Source: Macrostomum lignano (lineage: Eukaryota). From it: a stretch of 64,000 nucleotides of DNA. Numbering within the stretch: the first letter of the stretch is position 1; every line of letters starts with the position of its first letter. Location of the stretch: the NCBI GenBank assembly GCA_002269645.1, contig NIVC01000130.1, positions 620,001-684,000 on the forward strand, given 5' to 3'. The notes beneath the pieces are model-generated. The model had not been told where the DNA came from. It was given only the letters and a program-made list of their open reading frames with translations, and ran no database searches. Shown piece after piece: positions 40,254-52,106 of this stretch. Position numbers and translations under genes: made by a program.

Positions 40254-43200
40254 CAGTCAGTTAGTCAGTTAGTTAGTTAGTTAGTTAGTCAGTCAGTCAG
40301 TTAGTTAGTTAGTTAGTTAGTTAGCTAGTCAGTCAGTTAGTTAGTTAGTTAGTCAGTCAGTTAGTTAGTCAGTCAGTTAGTTAGTTAGCTAGTTAGCTAG
40401 TTAGTTAAATAGTTAGCTAGTTAGTTAGCTAATTAGCTAGTTAGTTAGTTAGCTAGTTAAGTTAGTTAGCTAGCTATCTAGGTAGTTAGTTAGTTAAATT
40501 AGTGACCCTAGGTAGGTAGTGACCCTCAGTTGAATGTGTTAGGACGCTACCATGCCTCTCATACGCACTGCAAGTGTCAAAGTCAGCTTGTCAGAAGAAG
40601 TACGCTAAGAACTTTTTTCTGTTGACATTCTCAGCGCACCGGCCAGTCAGTCGGCCTGACGGTGGCCAAACGAGCCGACAGATTTCACGGCCTGGCTGAA
40701 ATACTGAGGCAGCCCAGTCCGCCGAGGTCGCCTGCGCTTCCTGGGCATCCGAAACAGCAGCAGCCGCAGCAGCAGCAGATGACGCCGCCGTCTCCGCAGC
40801 AGCAGCAGCCACAGCAACAACCAAGACCAGGTTCTCAGCATTTTCAGCAGCAACAAAGACCCATGCCGCAGCAGCAACAACAGCAACAAAGACCCATGCC
40901 ACGGCAGGAACAAAGACCTCTGCCACACCAGCAACAACAACAGCAACAAAGACCCATGCCACAGCAGGAACAAAGACCTCTGCCACACCAGCAACAACAG
41001 CAGCAACAACAAAGACCTCTGCCGCAACAGCAACAACAGCAGCAACAAAGACCCATGCCGCAGCAGGAACAACAGCAACAAAGACCCATGCCACAGCAAC
41101 AACAACAGCAGCAGCAACAACAAAGACCTCAGCATCAGAGGCCGCTGTCTAGCATGCCGCCTCCGCCTCAGGCGCAGCAGCCTCAGCCACCGCAGCAGCA
41201 GCAGCAGCCTCCGCCTCAGGCGCAGCAGCCGCAGCCACCGCAGCAGCAGCAGCAGCATTATCAGACAATGCAACGACCTGGCAAGCATTCTGCTAACCGC
41301 TACCAACAGCAGCAGCAGCTGCCGGGTCCGCAGCGAGCCAAATCAACATCTAACATGCTTGACGATGTTAACAATAGTAACAGTAGCGCTAGAGCCGTTT
41401 TAACCGGCGGCACGCGGCGGACTTCAACGTCGAATAACTACGCCGACGAGGCCGCGGCCAGAGCCGCCGTTGACAGTTTGCGTCGTCAGGATCATCAGCC
41501 TCATCAGCCTCAGCCTCATCAGCGCCAGCCGCCCAGAGTCATCACTCCGATGGACGCGCCTAAAGTAGTTATAAAGCAGGGCCGCCGGGGCAGCGCCAAT
41601 GATAACAACAGTCGCTCGTCTCTGTCTGGCAGTCAATCGTCTTTAACTCTGCGCTCGTCGCGTCAGCCACCGCAACAGCCTTTAACAGCAACAAGTACTA
41701 CTGGGGTTTTTGTTGCCAAGCCGGCTCAGGCTGTGCTGGACTCGCCAGCCGCACCGTCTAGTCCTGACGCTACCAGCAGCGCTAGCGGCGCCACCTATAT
41801 GAACCTGCCGCCGCCTCCCAAGCCAATTGAAGACCGGGCCCTGTTCTTTGGCCAGCGACACCCGCCTCCGCCACCATCTGGGGTGCAGCAGCGGTGAGGA
41901 GTTATAGTGACTAGCCTGTTTAGATTTTTGTGCTTGCTCTTTGTTCTCATGGTGAGATTCTGGTGAGATTCGGGTGAAATATGGATGATTCTCAGGGTGA
42001 GATTTAGATAAAATATGGATAATTCTCATGGTGAGATTTTGGTGAGATTCGGGTGAAATATGGATGATTCTCAGGGTGAGATTTTGGTGAGATTCGGGTG
42101 AAATATGGATGATTCTCATGGTGAGATTTTGGTGAGATTCGGGTGAAATATGGATAATTCTCATGGTGAATTTTAGTGAGATTTTGGTGAGATTCGGGTG
42201 AAATATGGATGATTCTCATGGTGAGATTTTGGTGAGATTCGGGTGAAATATGGATGATTCTCATGGTGAGATTTGGGTAAAATTTGGATGATTCTCATGG
42301 TGGAATTCGGGTAAAATATGGCTGATTCTCAGTGTGAGATTTTGGTGAGATTCAAATAAAATATGAATAATTCTCATGGTGAGATTTGGGTAAAATATGA
42401 ATGATTCTCAGGGTGAGATTTTGGTGAGATTCAAATAAAATATGAATAATTCTCATGGTGAGATTTGGGTAAAATATGACTGATTCTCAGGGTGAGATTT
42501 TGGTGAGATTCAAATAAAATATGAATAATTCTCATGGTGAGATTTGGGTAAAATATGACTGATTCTCAGGGTGAGATTTTGTTGAAATTCGAGTAAAATA
42601 TGGCTGATTCTCAGGGTGAGATTTTGTTGAAATTCGAGTAAAATATGGCTGATTCTCACAATAAGATCCTACGCTCAATTCAGCTATGCTCCATCGGCGG
42701 CTGAGCTCAATAAGACTGCTCAACGAGTTCGCACGCCTAGTCCTCAGCCACCGCCGCCGCCTCAGCAGCAACAGCAGCAGCAACAGCAGCAGCAACAGCA
42801 GCAGCAACAACACTCATCTGGACCGCTGAATCGTCTAGCTGAAATGCGGGCCAGACTGCGCGAACTTGAAGACGAGCTTCAACGGACTGGCACTCTGGAC
42901 AGAGACGACCGGCTCAAGCTCGACTATCTGCGCGTTGAGGTGCCCTTCCAGGAGCGAGTGCTGGCCGAGGAGCAGGGCTACGAAGAGGACAGATCGAGCG
43001 AGGATAGCGCTGCTGTAAGTTGCCCAGTCTGTTGAACTGTGCAGGCTTGTGCAGCGTCATGTGATTATTACCTGTAGAAGCTAAATAGGCTGATTTATCT
43101 CTCTGCGAAGTTCTGCAGTTCGTAGGTTGTTATTAAAACTGTCTATATCATCACTCTTGTCTTTTCTACTCTTCACCCTCCTCTCTACACTCTCCCTCTC

Positions 43201-46200
43201 CTCTACACCCTCTCCTCCTCTCTACACTCTCTCCTCTACTCTCTCCCCCTCTCCTCTCTACACTCTCTACTCTCCTCTCTACACTCTCCTCCTCTCCTCT
43301 ACACTCTCTCCTCTCCTCTCTACACTCTCCCTCTCCTCTCTACTCTCCCTCTCCTCTCCTCTACACTCTCTACCCTCCTCTCTACCCTCTCCCTCTCCTC
43401 TACACCCTCTCCTCCTCTCTACACTCTCTCCTCTACTCTCTCCCCCTCTCCTCTCTACACTCTCTACTCTCCTCTCTACACTCTCTCCTCCTCTCCTCTA
43501 CACCCTCTCTTCTCCTCTCTACACTCTCCCTCTCCTCTCTACACTCTCCCTCTCCTCTCTACACTCTCTCCTCTACTCTCTCCCCCTCTCCTCTCTACAC
43601 TCTCTCCTCCTCTCCTCTACACTCTCTACTCTCCTCTCTACACTCTCCTCCTCTCCTCTACACTCTCTCCTCTCCTCTCTACACTCTCCCTCTCCTCTCT
43701 ACTCTCCCTCTCCTCTCCTCTACACTCTCTACCCTCGTCTCTACACTCTCCCTCTCCTCTACACCCTCTCTTCTCCTCTCTACACTCTCTCCTCTACTCT
43801 CTCCCCCTCTCCTCTCTACACTCCCTCCTCCTCTCCTCTCTACACTCTCCCTCTCCTCTCTACACTCTCCCTCTCTACACTCTCTCCCTCTCCTCTCTAC
43901 AATCTCTCCCCTTCTCCTCTCTACACTCTTCCTCTCCTCTCTACACTCTCTCCCCCTCTCCTCTCTACACCCTCTTCACCTCTCCTCTCTACACCCTCTC
44001 TCTGCACCTTCCTCTTTCTATTCTACACCCTCCTCTCTTCCTTCTTCCCCCTCTTTACCTCTCTCTACCCCTGTCCCTCCATCTCAACTAGTCCTACATA
44101 AACTCGGCCTTCATAATCTTACAATCTAAAATATTTTTTCGATACATATCGCCATCGTTTTTCTCAACCTACCCAACAGATCCGAGCGATGCGCCTTCGT
44201 GAGGTTCGCGAAACAGTGGAAAGAAACGCCGCCCGTCGGGAAGCCCAAGAAGAGGCCGAACGGCGTCAGCGCGCCGCCGAGGCCGCCCAGCGCCAGCGCG
44301 AATCACTCGAGTTGTACGAGCGCGAACGACAATTAGAGAAGCAGCGCGAGGAGGCGCGCCAAGCCGAAAGAATGCGCCAACACGAGGAGTGGCTTCGCGA
44401 TCAGCAGCGCCGCAGCGGCCTCGGCAGATACAGCGGCGCCGCCGATGACGATGACGATGAATCGACCTCGTCGTCTTCATCGTCCGAGGATGAGGAGGAA
44501 GACCAGGCCCAGGCCAGTCGCGAGCGGGAACGTCAGAGAACTCTCGAGCGGGAGCGTCGGCAGCAGGAGGAGGCGGAGCTTAAACGGAAATTGCAGCAGC
44601 AGCAAATGCAGCAGGTTGGGCTGAGGCACTATCGGTTCAGGCTGTGAGATTGTAGGTTCAGGCTGTGAGATTGTAGGTTCAGGCTGTGGGATTGTAGGTT
44701 CAGGCTGTGAGATTGTAGGTTCAGGCTGTGGGATTGTAGGTTCAGGCTGTGGGATTGTAGGTTCAGGCTGTGAGATTGTAGGTTCAGGCTGTGGGATTGT
44801 AGGTTCAGGCTGTGGGATTTTAGGTTCAGGCTGTGGGATTGTAGGTTCAGGCTGTGAGATTGTAAGTTCAGGCTGTGAGATTGTAGGTTCAGGCTGTGAG
44901 ATTGTCTGTTCAGGCTGTGAGATTGTAGGTTCAGGCTGTGAGATTGTCTGTTCAGGCTGTGAGATTGTAGGTTCAGGCTGTGAGATTGTCTGTTCAGGCT
45001 GTGAGATTGTCTGTTCAGGCTGTGAGATTGCAGGTTCAGGCTGTGAGATTGTAGGTTCAGGCTGTGAGATTGTAGGTTCAGGCTGTGAGATTGTAGGTTC
45101 AGGCTGTGAGATTGTCTGTTCAGGGTGTGAGATTGTAGGTTCAGGCTATGAGATTGTAGGTTCAGGCTGTGAGATTGTCTGTTCAGGCTGTGAGATTGTA
45201 GGTTCAGGCTGTGAGATTGTCTGTTCAGGCTATGAGATTGTAGGTTCAGGCTGTGAGATTGTAGGTTCAGGCTGTGAGATTGTCGGTTCAGGCTGTAAGA
45301 TTGTCGGTTCAGGCTGTGAGATTGTAGGTTCAGGCTGTGAGATTGTAGGTTCAGGCTGTGAGATTGTAGGTTCAGGCTGTGGGATTGTCGGTTTAGGCTG
45401 AGATTGTCGGTTCAGCTATTCAGACTGTAGGTTCAGCCCTTCAGACTGTAGATTCAGCCCTTCAGGCTAGAGTTTTCCAGGCTGTTGGGTTCGAGAGCAT
45501 TCAAGTTGTGGCATCAAGGTTCATAATTGTTCTCAAATGTAATTTCAGGAAGAATCTGAACGCCGTCGCAAACAAGACGAAGGGGAGCGTCTACTTAGAC
45601 AAGTAGTAAGTTGACGAATTTCCATTTTTAAACTAGATTTGAATACAGGCTGCAAAAACTTTATTTGTCGTCTGTGAACTTTCTACAGGAGGAAGAGCAA
45701 AGGCGAAAGCAGGCAGAACGAGAGGCTTCGGAACGCGACAAAATGCAACGAGTGAGCGCTCGCTAATTTGCATATAGTGACGAAAAAAGGCAGTGAAATG
45801 TTTTATGCGCTTCTAGTTAGCAGTTTGTGTTTAATTAATTTGCTAATTCTAATAAAGTTGTTAAAATCGTTTATTCGTAAGGATTTCACTTTCTTATTAG
45901 TAGTGAAACAGAGAAAGCTTTGTTTATTTAAGGTGTAAATTTCAGGCTAAAGTTTTGACTAACGGTTTTCTATTATACTTACTCTACTATTTAAAGTAAG
46001 CTGTGAAGCAAAAAGCTCTTGACCAAAACCGCTCCTGACCAAAACCGCTTCTGACCAAACCCACCCCTGACCAAACCCACTCCTGACCAAACCCACCCCT
46101 GACCAAAACCGCTCCTGACCAAACCCACCCCTGACCAAACCCACTCCTGACCAAACCCACTCCTGACCAAAACCGCTCCTGACCAAACCCACCCCTGACA

Positions 46201-47523
46201 GAACCCACCCCTGACCAAACCCACCCCTGACCAAACCCACTCCTGACCAAACCCACTCCTGACCAAAACCACCCCTGACCAAAACCACCCCTGACCAAAC
46301 CCACTCGACCAAAACCACTCCTGACCAAAACTGTCATTAAAAAACCGCTCAGGAAGCCGCCGCGGAGCGCCGCCGTCAGGAGGACGCCGAGTTGGCCGCG
46401 GCCGCCGCCGAAGCGGAGCGTCGCCGCCTTCTAGCCGAAGCCGAGGAGGAAGAGCGGCTACGTCGCCAGATGGAAGAGGAATGGCGCCGCAAAGATGAAG
46501 AACGAATGCGCCGATTTCGCGAACTCGAAGCCCAGCAACAACAGTTGGAGCAGTCTCGAAGGCGGCAGTCCGAGGAGCAGGAGGAGCTGGAAAGACAGGC
46601 CCGACTGCGTCAGATACTGCAGGTATTCCGCCGTCTCAGAATTGGAAAAGTCATGACCTTAAATATCATTTGTGTGAAATGTGTGCCACTCCCAGCCCCA
46701 GGGGGGGGGGGGGCAGGGGGCATAGCCTAATGGTCTACCCGTTAAAAACGATACCGTAACAAGCACAACAAGCATCACAAGCGCGTTAGGGCGAAAATTG
46801 GAATCTCGGCTTGGCTCTTCTCGCGCTATTAACGCCTTTGAATTGTACATGTCTGACGATAAATAAAGTAGGGTCGCTGTACACACTCCTGTGTGAGTGT
46901 GTGCCTGCTCAGGGGAGTCGGCGGAATAAGCAGCAATGCCTCTCGCCGGTTGAGCGACAAGGTCGCTTAAAGTGCACCGTTAACCCTTCTTGCAGGCTCG
47001 CGGCGCTACAGCTGGCGGAGTGACAGCCGCCCCGCCGCCGCCGTCGTCCTCCACTATCCCTAAAAAGTCGGTCAGCTTCGATAACAATCTGAACAATAGC
47101 GGCACCACAGCGTCGGAGCATAATCACGAAGACATTGTTCGAGTACAGCGGCCATCAGTGATGCCGCCGCCTCCGCCGCCGGTGAAGCCGAAGCCGAAGC
47201 CCACTAATTCGTCTTCTCGGCCGACTAGCGGCTATTTCGACTCCTCGGCACCTCAGCAGCAGCAGCAGCAGCCGCCGCAGTCTGTGACAGTAATCGGCGC
47301 CCAAGAAGTCTATCGGGATCCGCTGTTGCGCGGCGCCAATCGTCAACAACGTCGCAACGTTGACGGCGACGCCGGGGTAGAGCGGTTGAGTTTTCACGAC
47401 AAAATGCGCCGATTCGCTGGCGGCGACGAGTCCAATATTATCCAGTATAGCGAGCGCAGCAAGGCCAGCAGCGCCCAGCGGATGTTCGACCGGCCCGAGG
47501 ACTACGACGAGGAGGGAAATTAA
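29924..47523 (+). CDS. AFDN: Afadin (AF-6/canoe) orthologue, 15 exons, ~2073 aa: RA1-RA2-FHA-DIL-PDZ, Pro/Gln-rich, coiled-coil, C-terminal region
   Basis: Exons 29924-30343, 31159-31383, 32237-32551, 32992-33697, 34155-34687, 35649-35953, 36918-37386, 39545-39850, 40635-41893, 42684-43014, 44180-44614, 45549-45605, 45689-45751, 46353-46622 and 46996-47523 join in phase (6222 nt). Signatures WNENRLDLFEIS..EFFGAMRFYFQ, LKVYGDALKPDIPYK, LRRCRVNAALTIQLFSQLFH, PDZ NSLGLSIV..GIYVK-like, and VIGAQEVYRDP. Confidence 0.96.
30405..30890. repeat. 21-24-bp minisatellite (CTGACACCCAGCTTGAGACTT), afadin intron 1
   Basis: Direct tandem copies. Confidence 0.93.
31490..32125. repeat. 34-bp minisatellite (TACTGTAAGCCTGATTGAGGCTATGAGATTTTGA), afadin intron 2
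   Basis: Period 34 (GATTGAGG at 31501 and 31535). Confidence 0.94.
32625..32955. repeat. Degenerate ~20-bp repeat (AAGAATCGCCCTTTCC core), afadin intron 3
   Basis: Recurring AATCGCCCTTT / AAGAATC motifs. Confidence 0.75.
33750..34130. repeat. 21-bp minisatellite (GGATCTGGGGATTTAGATTTG), afadin intron 4
   Basis: Tandem copies; 7-aa periodicity in the ORF track. Confidence 0.9.
34725..35625. repeat. 44-bp minisatellite (AGTCTTTGATCCCGAAGATCCCAATTCAAGAAATCCCAATTTCG), afadin intron 5
   Basis: Period 44 (35161 and 35205). Confidence 0.93.
36015..36620. repeat. 37-bp minisatellite (AAGAATCGTTCCTGAAGCATTACTGAGAATCATTTCT), afadin intron 6
   Basis: Period 37 (36241 and 36278). Confidence 0.93.
37407..39500. 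repeat. 33-bp minisatellite (TGTGGTCCTCAGATTGAATTCATAATTAGTGAC), ~63 copies, afadin intron 7
   Basis: Homogeneous array filling nearly the entire intron. Confidence 0.98.
39878..40500. repeat. (GTTA)n/(GTCA)n tetranucleotide microsatellite, afadin intron 8
   Basis: Directly visible. Confidence 0.98.
41945..42660. repeat. 45-bp minisatellite (TGGATGATTCTCAGGGTGAGATTTTGGTGAGATTCGGGTGAAATA), afadin intron 9
   Basis: Period 45; 15-aa periodicity on the minus strand. Confidence 0.92.
43160..44090. repeat. Polypyrimidine low-complexity array (CTCTACA/CTCTC), afadin intron 10
   Basis: Almost pure C/T with periodic ACA. Confidence 0.95.
44634..45420. repeat. 21-bp minisatellite (TTCAGGCTGTGAGATTGTAGG), afadin intron 11
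   Basis: Period 21 (44641 and 44662). Confidence 0.96.
46020..46330. repeat. 16-bp minisatellite (TGACCAAACCCACCCC), afadin intron 13
   Basis: Period 16. Confidence 0.94.
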
Positions 47524-47679
47524 ACTACAGGTTTATTATTAGTAATGGCAATTCATTTTTAAAAATTCGATTTCGCATATTCATCAAATTTAAAACAAAG
47601 CGCCCGAGAATTGTTATAAGGGTTATCTGAAAGTTATAGATTTTATGGGTAGAATTATCGATTTTTATCGGTAAAATTA

Positions 47680-47940
47680 TGGATTTTCATTTATCAGTAA
47701 AATTATCGATTTTCATTTTATCAGTAAAATTATCGATTTTCATTTATCGGTAAAATTATCGATTTTCATTTATCGGTAAAATTATCGATTTTCATTTATC
47801 GGTAAAATTATCGATTTTCATTTATCGGTAAAATTATCGATTTTCATTTTATCAGTAAAATTATCGATTTTCATTTTATCGTTAAAATTATCGACTTTCA
47901 TTTTGCCAGTGAAATTATCGATTTAGTTTTATCAAATGAA
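47680..47940. repeat. 26-27-bp repeat (GTAAAATTATCGATTTTCATTTATCG) downstream of the afadin stop
   Basis: Period 26 (47761 and 47787). Confidence 0.9.
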
Positions 47941-49624
47941 AATGATCGATTTTATCGATTCTTCGATCATTGCAGTGCCATCGGTTTTTTTATTTTGTCG
48001 GTAAAATTATCGATTTCATAATTGGTAGTTTCATATTTAGCGTCAATTTAATGCAAAATAATAATTCCCAAATTAGCCGCTGATTTAACGATATCGCTGT
48101 TGCTGCTTTTCGCAGTTTGCTTTTAAATAATTAATGAAACTTGTCGTAGAGGAAAAATCATCAACTGCACTTTTAAATATAGCCTAAGACTACTACTCAT
48201 TCCGTGCGTTTCTAAGAATAGTTATGCAGTCTTTAGCCCGTATCTGGCAATTTTTATTATTATTTTTAAAAAGTAACTTCACTACTCTGGCAGTAGTATG
48301 TTCATTGTGTCAAGTGTAATATTATCTAATTTTTACAGTGTTTTGTTTCAATCCAACATTGATCATCAAGTGCTAATTAGTGAAATTTGTTAATAAAAAG
48401 GCTGTGTATTTTACGACAAAATTATATCTATTCCACACGCGTTATTTTCTATTGCCCGTCAATAGTTCAGCCTTCAATACAATAATATTCATAAATATTT
48501 TAATAGTTATGTTTGTAATCACTTTTTATATTATTATTTTTTTACTGACCGTCATTGCCACAAAATCTGTTTTTCTGTCCCTGTTGCTCAATTTGCCTGG
48601 AAATAGCACGGATAAATATGCACTCCGCATATACTACTTACGATTACCAATTTGTCAGCTTTGTGTAGAACTAATTTTTGCTTTATTTAAAATGCTGCTT
48701 TCTGGTTTTGATTTTCGATAACACAACTATGGCACAAGCAACAAAGATCGTCTGATTTTTGGGTCTTTGTCCCGCTGTTAAACTGTATTTTGAATTTAGT
48801 TTTTTAAATTGCTTATTTTGTACATGTGTTTTATAGTTTTCTCTCCTTTGTGTGTTTTCGCATAAAATAACCCAGTATTTTCTTTATAAATAACCATATT
48901 ATTAAACTATAGCAGTACTATAAAGCTTGTTTCCAGTTGTGCACCTCCAAGCACTGCTGCCGCTAACGGGACCACGTATTGTATTGAACAATGTGACTTT
49001 ACATGTAATCCCTTTACCCTGTACCTGATTCTCACGCTCTTAACAAACTATTTCAAACTCTTATATGCATAGAAATTGCTTACTCTAACCAATAATGATC
49101 ATTAATAAATAATACTAGAACCCGCATATACCACTTGCGCGTCGCATAAAAACCACTAGCGTATTATTAAAAACGGTTGGCCTATTTAAGAGGCAAATCG
49201 TTCAATTACTGGGTGATAATTTTCTTAGCTTATCTATTAGCGTATAATATCTGCACAATTTAACCAATGTAAAATTTTATTGCTTAATTCTTCACGCGCA
49301 CAATGATTAACTCGAAATTGTTCCAATTAACTGTTTGTTCAATCGTTCGCTTTGTTGGGCGATTAAAATATATAAATGTCTCTACTGCCTGGCCGTATTT
49401 ATAGCGTCTCCATAATTTTTTGTTTCTGATTTTGTCTTAGTAGCTTATCGTGTACAAAGCAGGCCATTGTGAACCTCGTTTAACGATTAATTGGTAAAGC
49501 ATCGCTTTGCTTACTGCTTTATTTATTTTAAATTTCAATGCAACGGATAGTAGTACGTATAGTAGTGAGTAGTAGTGACAAGAAAATGTATTTAAAAAGC
49601 TGGTAATCTGATAGCCTGATTCTG

Positions 49625-50455
49625 ATAGAAACGTCATGTAAACAATCATAGAAGCGTCATGTAAACAATCATAGAAGCGTCATATAAAAATCATAGATGC
49701 GTCATTTAAAAAATCATAGAAGCGTCATGTAAACAATCATAGAAGCGTCATGTAAAAAATCTTAGAAGCGTCATGTAAAAAATCTTAGAAGCGTCATGTA
49801 AACAATCATAGAAGCGTCATGTACACAATCATAGAAGCGTCATGTAAACAATCATAGAAGCGTCATGTACACAATCATAGAAGCGTCATGTAAACAATCA
49901 TAGAAGCGCCATGTAAAAAATCATAGAAGCGTGATGTAAACAATCATAGAAGCGTCATGTAAAAAATCGTAGAAGCGTCATGTAAACAATCATAGAAGCG
50001 TCATGTAAACAATCATAGAAGCGTCATGTACACAATCATAGAAGCGTCATGTAAACAATCATAGAAGCGTCATGTACACAATCATAGAAGCGTCATGTAA
50101 ACAATCATAGAAGCGCCATGTAAAAAATCATAGAAGCGTGATGTAAACAATCATAGAAGCGTCATGTAAAAAATCGTAGAAGCGTCATGTAAACAATCAT
50201 AGAAGCGTCATGTAAACAATCATAGAAGCGTCATGTAAAAAATCGTAGAAGCGTCATGTAAACAATCATAGAAGCGTCATGTAAACAATCATAGAAGCGT
50301 CATGTAAACAATCATAGAAGCGTCATGTAAAAAATCATAGAAGCGTCATGTAAACAATCATAGAAGCGTCATGTAAACAATCATAGAAGCGTCATGTAAA
50401 CAATCATAGAAGCGTCATGTAAACAATCATAGAAGCGTCAAGAAAAAATCATAGA
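49625..50455. repeat. 23-bp minisatellite (ATAGAAGCGTCATGTAAACAATC), intergenic
   Basis: Period 23. Confidence 0.96.
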
Positions 50456-50599
50456 AGCCTCATTTAAAACTAATTAAAGTGTCATTTAAAAAATTAAGAA
50501 GCGTCACGGTAGAATAAAAGAAACGTCATGTCAGACATGAAGGGTTCATGTAAAAATTAAATGCAACTATAATGCTGTGCTGGGGAGAAAAACTGAGAC

Positions 50600-51640
50600 G
50601 TAAAGGCTCTCAGAGAATAACTGAGATTACGGGGGGGGGGGGTTTCTGAGATGTCAAAGCAAAAGTCAGAAGCTACTTCAAGGTTCATGTACTTTACTCC
50701 ATTTTTTTATTGCATTCTTTGTTGGCTCGTCACGGGGGGGCGCTGATAGAAGAAAAGTCATGTAAAAAATAAAAGTAGCACTATGTATACATAAAAGAAA
50801 AGTCATGTCGAAGTTAAAAGATTCATTTGGGAATTGCTACGATGTCAAAGCTTGGTGGAAATCGTTATAGTGCTGTGATTCTTAAAGAAAGAATCACTAA
50901 AATGTCAAGGCTTAGGGGAGAAGAATTGCTGAGATTTCAAGGCTTTAGGTTGGGTTAAAGTTAGGTTTAGGTCAGGTGTGGGTTGAGGGTTATATTTTAT
51001 CGGGTTTCAAGGTTAACAGGGGATTTTTTGGATTTCAAGGTTTATGGGGGCCATTGCTGACATGTTAAGGCTTACGGGGGGAATAGCTGAGATGTCAAGG
51101 CTCACGGGGGTATAAATGAGATTTCAAGGCTAAAGTCAGAAGCTACATGTAGTTTATTGAAAACTTTTTATTACATTATTTGATGCCTCCTCAGGGGAGG
51201 GATCGCTGATAAAAAAAGCGTAATGTAAAAAATAAAAGAAGCTTCATGTCGAAGTTAAGAGATTCATTTGGGAATCCCTACGATGTTGAGGCTTGCAAGG
51301 AATCGCTATAATGCTGTAGTAGTGCTATAATGACTCTTAGAGAGAATTACTGAATTACTTCAATGCTTTAGGGTTAGGTTAGGGTTAGGGTTAGGGTTAG
51401 GGTTAGGGTTAGGCTAGGGTTAGGGTTAGAAGGTTGACAGATATTTTTAGATTTCCAAGGCTTATTGGGGGCATTGCTGAGATGTCAAGGGGGGGAGTTG
51501 ATATGTTAAAGCTTGTGGGGGGGATAACTGACATGTCAAGGCTTACAAGGTTTGACAGGAGATTTTTTAAGATTTCAAGGATACATGTAGCTTATTAAAA
51601 AAACGTGTATTGCATTTCTTTGGCTCCCCAACGGGGGGCG
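50600..51640. repeat. Diverged ~480-bp tandem duplication containing a (TTAGGG)n tract at 51368-51429
   Basis: Shared landmarks AAAGTCAGAAGCTAC, CATGTCGAAGTTAA.AGATTCATTTGGGAAT and a TTAGG(G) tract occur in successive units. Confidence 0.75.
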
Positions 51641-52106
51641 AATTTTGCTAGTATATTCCTGTAATTCTAGCGCTGTATGTTAAATTTACCACGAAACACT
51701 ACGGCGAATTTCACTGGGGCTAGAGGGGGGCAGCTGAGCCCAACTTTTCCAATCATTTGTCACCGCAAAACTTTTTTGCCATTGGGAAGCCAAATAAACG
51801 GTACTAATTTGCTTTTAATTTAGGTTTCTAAAAAATAATTAAAAATCACTCTTTAGGACAAAAAATGTTTTAAAGAAGTTGTAAAAACATATTGTTAAAT
51901 TAGCTTTCGTTGTTGTTATACTGAATAACAGCAAGATTTTGAAATTATATTTAGTCAGTATTTCTAAAAGCTTAACTTAGAGTGTTAATTCGTAATCAAT
52001 ATTATGCTAACAGACTGAACTTGTTATGCCCAAATACTTACTTATTAACACTATGTGTTGAGATATTTCAGCCAAATCGCTTATAACATTAATTAACTAA
52101 AAAATC

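Noticed and set aside
40591-41306. Minus-strand poly-Leu/Ala/Val ORFs (also 32933-33316)
   Set aside because: Antisense shadows of afadin polyQ exons.
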